Of a DNA stretch of 21,319 nucleotides, positions 18,578 through 21,319 are shown one piece after another. The DNA is from Methanobacteriota archaeon (GTDB lineage Archaea > Methanobacteriota > Methanobacteria > Methanobacteriales > Methanobacteriaceae). The notes under the pieces were generated by a model that saw only the letters and a program-made list of their open reading frames with translations, made no database searches and was not told the origin of the DNA. The position numbers and the translations under genes were made by a program. Numbering within the stretch: position 1 is the first letter of the stretch; each line of letters begins with the position of its first letter. The stretch covers positions 1 to 21,319 of the forward strand of contig CAWBCJ010000003.1 of assembly GCA_963787255.1 (NCBI GenBank), in the 5' to 3' direction.

Positions 18578-18981
18578 TTGGATAGAAATTTTTGGGATTG
18601 ATTATAATCATAATCGTTATAATCATAGCGGCGGGTGTATATCTCTATTCTATGAACTTAAATCAAAATGCACAAGCTCCAGTTAATCAAAGTGGAACAA
18701 ATGGCAGTGCAAATAATACAAACAATACAGTTGCAGCTACAATTACCATTCAAAATGGAGCATTTAATCCTAATAACCTTACTGTTAAAACAGGTACTAA
18801 TGTTCAGTGGATAAATAATGATAACGCATCGCATCAGATAATAAGTGATAGTGGAGCATTCCAGAGTCCTATGCTGAATACTGGAGGCGTGTATAATTTC
18901 TATTTCGCTAAATCTGGTATTTTCGGCTACTATTGCGGATTACATCCTACTGAAACAGGTACAATTACAGTAACTCCTTAA
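18578..18981 (+). CDS. Membrane-anchored cupredoxin (plastocyanin/amicyanin-like)
   Basis: N-terminal TM, FNPNNLTVKTGTNVQWINND..HQI..YYCGLHPTETGTITV. GGAGGTGA RBS suggests a true start at TTG 18578 with one indel before 18592. Confidence 0.88.
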
Positions 18982-18988
18982 TTTTTTA

Positions 18989-19022
18989 GAGGATAAATTA
19001 TATAATCCTCAAATTTTTTTTT
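18989..19022 (+). terminator. Hairpin + T-tract terminator
   Basis: GAGGAT...ATCCTC followed by T9. Confidence 0.5.
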
Positions 19023-19156
19023 ATATTAAGGTAGTTGCATTTTTTTTGTTTTGTGATTTATAGGTTTTTTTTAATAATCACAATATATTAAGTAATATTA
19101 AATATAGAAATAGTATTACTTTTGTTCTTTTAAAAAATGAGGGAGACCGATTTACT

Positions 19157-20071
19157 TTGAATGAAACCCAAAAAAGAATACCCAACAACATATTGCTGAT
19201 AGAATACAATCCCGCCGATATAAGATTAATCAAAGAACTATTCAAAGATTATAAAACAGAAAATGAAATATACACCGTTAATGACGGCGTTAAAGCCCTA
19301 AAATTCCTTTATAAACAAGGCCAGTATGAAGATACGCCCCGTCCAGATTTAATACTTCTTGATTTAGGTTTACCACGAAAAGACAGTTTTGAAGTATTAA
19401 AAGAAATAAAAAACGACAAAAAACTAAAAAATATCCCTGTAATTATTGTAACTGTTTCTAATGACTCCGAAATTATTAATAATGCTTATAAACTCCAAGC
19501 TAATTGTGTAATTATTAAGCCGTTAGATATTGATGACTTCAACAGATGCATTAAAAGTATGACTGATTTTTGGTTTAATATTGTTAAATTGCCCATTAGC
19601 ATCCTTGTACAAAAATATAAAGAGGATTTTAAAAAAATGGAAGAAAATCATAAAATCAATATTTTATTAATGGAAAATGAAGAGCCTGATAAAAGCATTA
19701 TAAATTTATTAAAAAACTTTTCAAGTGAAAATCAGGTTAAATTATTCGTTTTTGATACTCCAAAAGAAACATTAGACCACTTAAAGCAAATCGTAGCATC
19801 TTCTGAATATCATGGACATAATATCCTGCTATTTTATTCAAAACCACCATTAAATGATGTTATGGATGTTATATGGGAAATTAAAGAAAGTCCAGATTTA
19901 AGGATTACTCCTGTATTTATTATAGCAGAATCATTAGAAGATGTAGATATTAATGAAGCTTATAAATGTCATTTAAATTGTTTTATTGCTAAACCTCAAG
20001 ATGTAGAAGGATTAATTCGGATTATAGATTCTTTTAAGGAGTTATGGCTTAAATATGTAAAATTACCCTGA
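19157..20071 (+). CDS. Response regulator with two tandem Rcp1-like receiver domains (second degenerate); possibly two genes fused by an indel
   Basis: Domain 1: ILLIE..RPDLILLDLGLP..ANCVIIKP..FWFNIVKLP. Domain 2: INILLMEN..NILLFY..NCFIAKP..LWLKYVKLP. Confidence 0.88.
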   Translation: MNETQKRIPNNILLIEYNPADIRLIKELFKDYKTENEIYTVNDGVKALKFLYKQGQYEDTPRPDLILLDLGLPRKDSFEVLKEIKNDKKLKNIPVIIVTVSNDSEIINNAYKLQANCVIIKPLDIDDFNRCIKSMTDFWFNIVKLPISILVQKYKEDFKKMEENHKINILLMENEEPDKSIINLLKNFSSENQVKLFVFDTPKETLDHLKQIVASSEYHGHNILLFYSKPPLNDVMDVIWEIKESPDLRITPVFIIAESLEDVDINEAYKCHLNCFIAKPQDVEGLIRIIDSFKELWLKYVKLP

Positions 20072-20263
20072 AAAAAATTGTTAAAAAAAGATTCACCTCA
20101 AAAATATCATGTTAGGCTTAAAGAAGTGGATAAGGGGATTGGATATTGATTTTTCTGCTTTTTTTTGCATTGTTTTTTTTAAATTTTGTATTATAATGGT
20201 TTTTTGCGTGTTTTAACTATCATTTGCATAAGATTTAAATACTTAAAAGGTAATAAAATAAGT

Positions 20264-20391
20264 ATGACTAGTATTATAAATTGTGGTCTGTTTTATGTTC
20301 AGCCCAGGGAACAAGATAACCCTGGGCACCCCCTCCGTTAAAACTATACTATTTTTGATAAATAAGATAAAAACTAAACCACATTTTTTTT
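20264..20391 (+). ncRNA. Candidate structured sRNA with anti-Shine-Dalgarno motif
   Basis: TATA TTTAAATA at 20234-20241. Outer stem TGTGGT/ACCACA (20282-20287/20378-20383). Perfect stem GCCCAGGG/CCCTGGGC (20302-20309/20320-20327). CCCCCTCC at 20329-20336 and a T8 tract at 20384-20391. Confidence 0.5.
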
Positions 20392-20525
20392 CTATTCAAT
20401 TTTTAACTTCCTATTTTTACTTAGAAAAAGTTGTATAATCCAATTTTATCATAGTATTATATTTTATATAATTTGTATTACAAATAGATAGTAATGAATA
20501 AAAAAAATAATATGGTGATTACTAT

Positions 20526-20872
20526 ATGAGTTTCGTGGAAATTGCAACAACAGATGAATTAATGGATGGTACTATGAAAATGGCTACAATTGAGGGGCGT
20601 GAAATCCTGTTAGCCCGAATTGGAGACAATTATTATAGCGCAGATAATCGCTGCCCCCATATGGGCGGTAACCTATCAATGGGCAAACTAAACGGAACCG
20701 TAATAACATGCCCTCGACACCACAGCCAATTTGACCTAACCGATGGCCATGTAATCCGCTGGACAGACTGGACCGGACTAAAATTATCTATAGGTAAAGC
20801 ATTGAAGTCACCTCGACCTCTTAAGATGCATGAAGTCAAAATAGAGGAAAAAAAATAATGGTCGACCTATAA
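20526..20872 (+). CDS. Rieske [2Fe-2S] ferredoxin
   Basis: CPHMGGNL and CPRHHSQFDL motifs. One more A in the poly-A at ~20850 gives the natural end KKIMVDL* at 20872; the ORF track stops at 20858. Confidence 0.92.
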
Positions 20873-21049
20873 AAAAAAAAATTTTAGGGATTAAGCTTCC
20901 TAAGTTTCATTTATATATTCCATATCTTTTTGCTTGGAATTAATTCGTAATGATGCAAGTAGTAAACAAGAGAATTAATCCCTTTATTAAATATTATATG
21001 AAAAAAAATTTAATTAAAAAGAACTTAAAAGTTGGAGGTTTAAAAAAAG

Positions 21050-21260
21050 ATGAAGAAAATAGCTATAATAGTGGCTTTAATGCTAGTTTTAGGAGTATAT
21101 TCATATCAGGATGCACTACAACCCCAAGTAACACTACCGAAATAATACCGGCCAAAATAAAAGCTCAGGCATACCTGGATACAGTACAGCACAAATTATT
21201 AGCATTGAATCAGGAAATATTGCACCTGAAATTGAATCAGGAAAATCCCATGATTCATAG
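21050..21260 (+). CDS. Small lipoprotein, frameshifted
   Basis: GGAGGT RBS and ATG 21050: MKKIAIIVALMLVLGV(I)FISGCTTTPSNTT..NNTGQNKSSG..IESG..IESGKSHDS*. Lipobox ISGC. Confidence 0.65.
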
Positions 21261-21319
21261 GGATACTAATCATTTAAACTTATATTCCCACTTTTTTTGA
21301 AAACTAATAAAAAGAGAAT

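Noticed and set aside
13308-20839. Antisense ORFs 13308-13598, 15240-15470, 15523-15723, 15947-16246, 16860-17159, 18025-18300, 20633-20839
   Set aside because: They overlap recognisable genes on the other strand and have no independent support.
20526-20872. Arsenite oxidase small subunit AioB
   Set aside because: There is no Tat leader and no aioA, and the gene is about 9 kb from the ars island.
20950-21300. 116-aa ORF as given
   Set aside because: Only the FISGCTTTPSNTT stretch is in the true frame. The RBS and signal peptide indicate a lipoprotein starting at 21050.

Overview
AT-rich archaeal DNA, most likely from a Methanobacterium-like methanogen. This rests on TATA/BRE promoters, GGAGG/GGTGA ribosome-binding sites and a gene set of DUF166, rubrerythrin, PRC-barrel, PAS kinases and Rcp1-type receivers. 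Many genes are broken by single-base indels, which looks like unpolished long-read or metagenomic consensus error, so several CDS below were reconstructed by hand across frameshifts. The left end holds a ribbon-helix-helix gene and a bacterial-type RNase III. From about 1.1 to 11.8 kb there is an expanded arsenic/metal island: two arsR genes plus an arsR remnant, a duplicated promoter cassette, a SAM methyltransferase, an ArsC-like protein lacking the catalytic Cys and carrying a 4x Cys-Cys tail, a canonical arsC, DUF166 and acr3. These are followed by a QueG/reductive-dehalogenase-like (predicted corrinoid/4Fe-4S) protein with CGC repeats and a terminal Cys-Cys, three paralogous Cys4 microproteins, NikM/CbiM plus PDGLE ECF components and a second methyltransferase. 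This combination is the best candidate for an undescribed system, namely corrinoid-linked arsenic transformation. The right half holds rubrerythrin, an IS200/IS605-like end at the tail of a truncated PAS gene, a PAS histidine kinase, two atypical cupredoxins, a PRC-barrel protein, tandem receivers, a Rieske protein and two similar candidate sRNAs with C-rich anti-Shine-Dalgarno motifs. No rRNA, tRNA or CRISPR array was seen.
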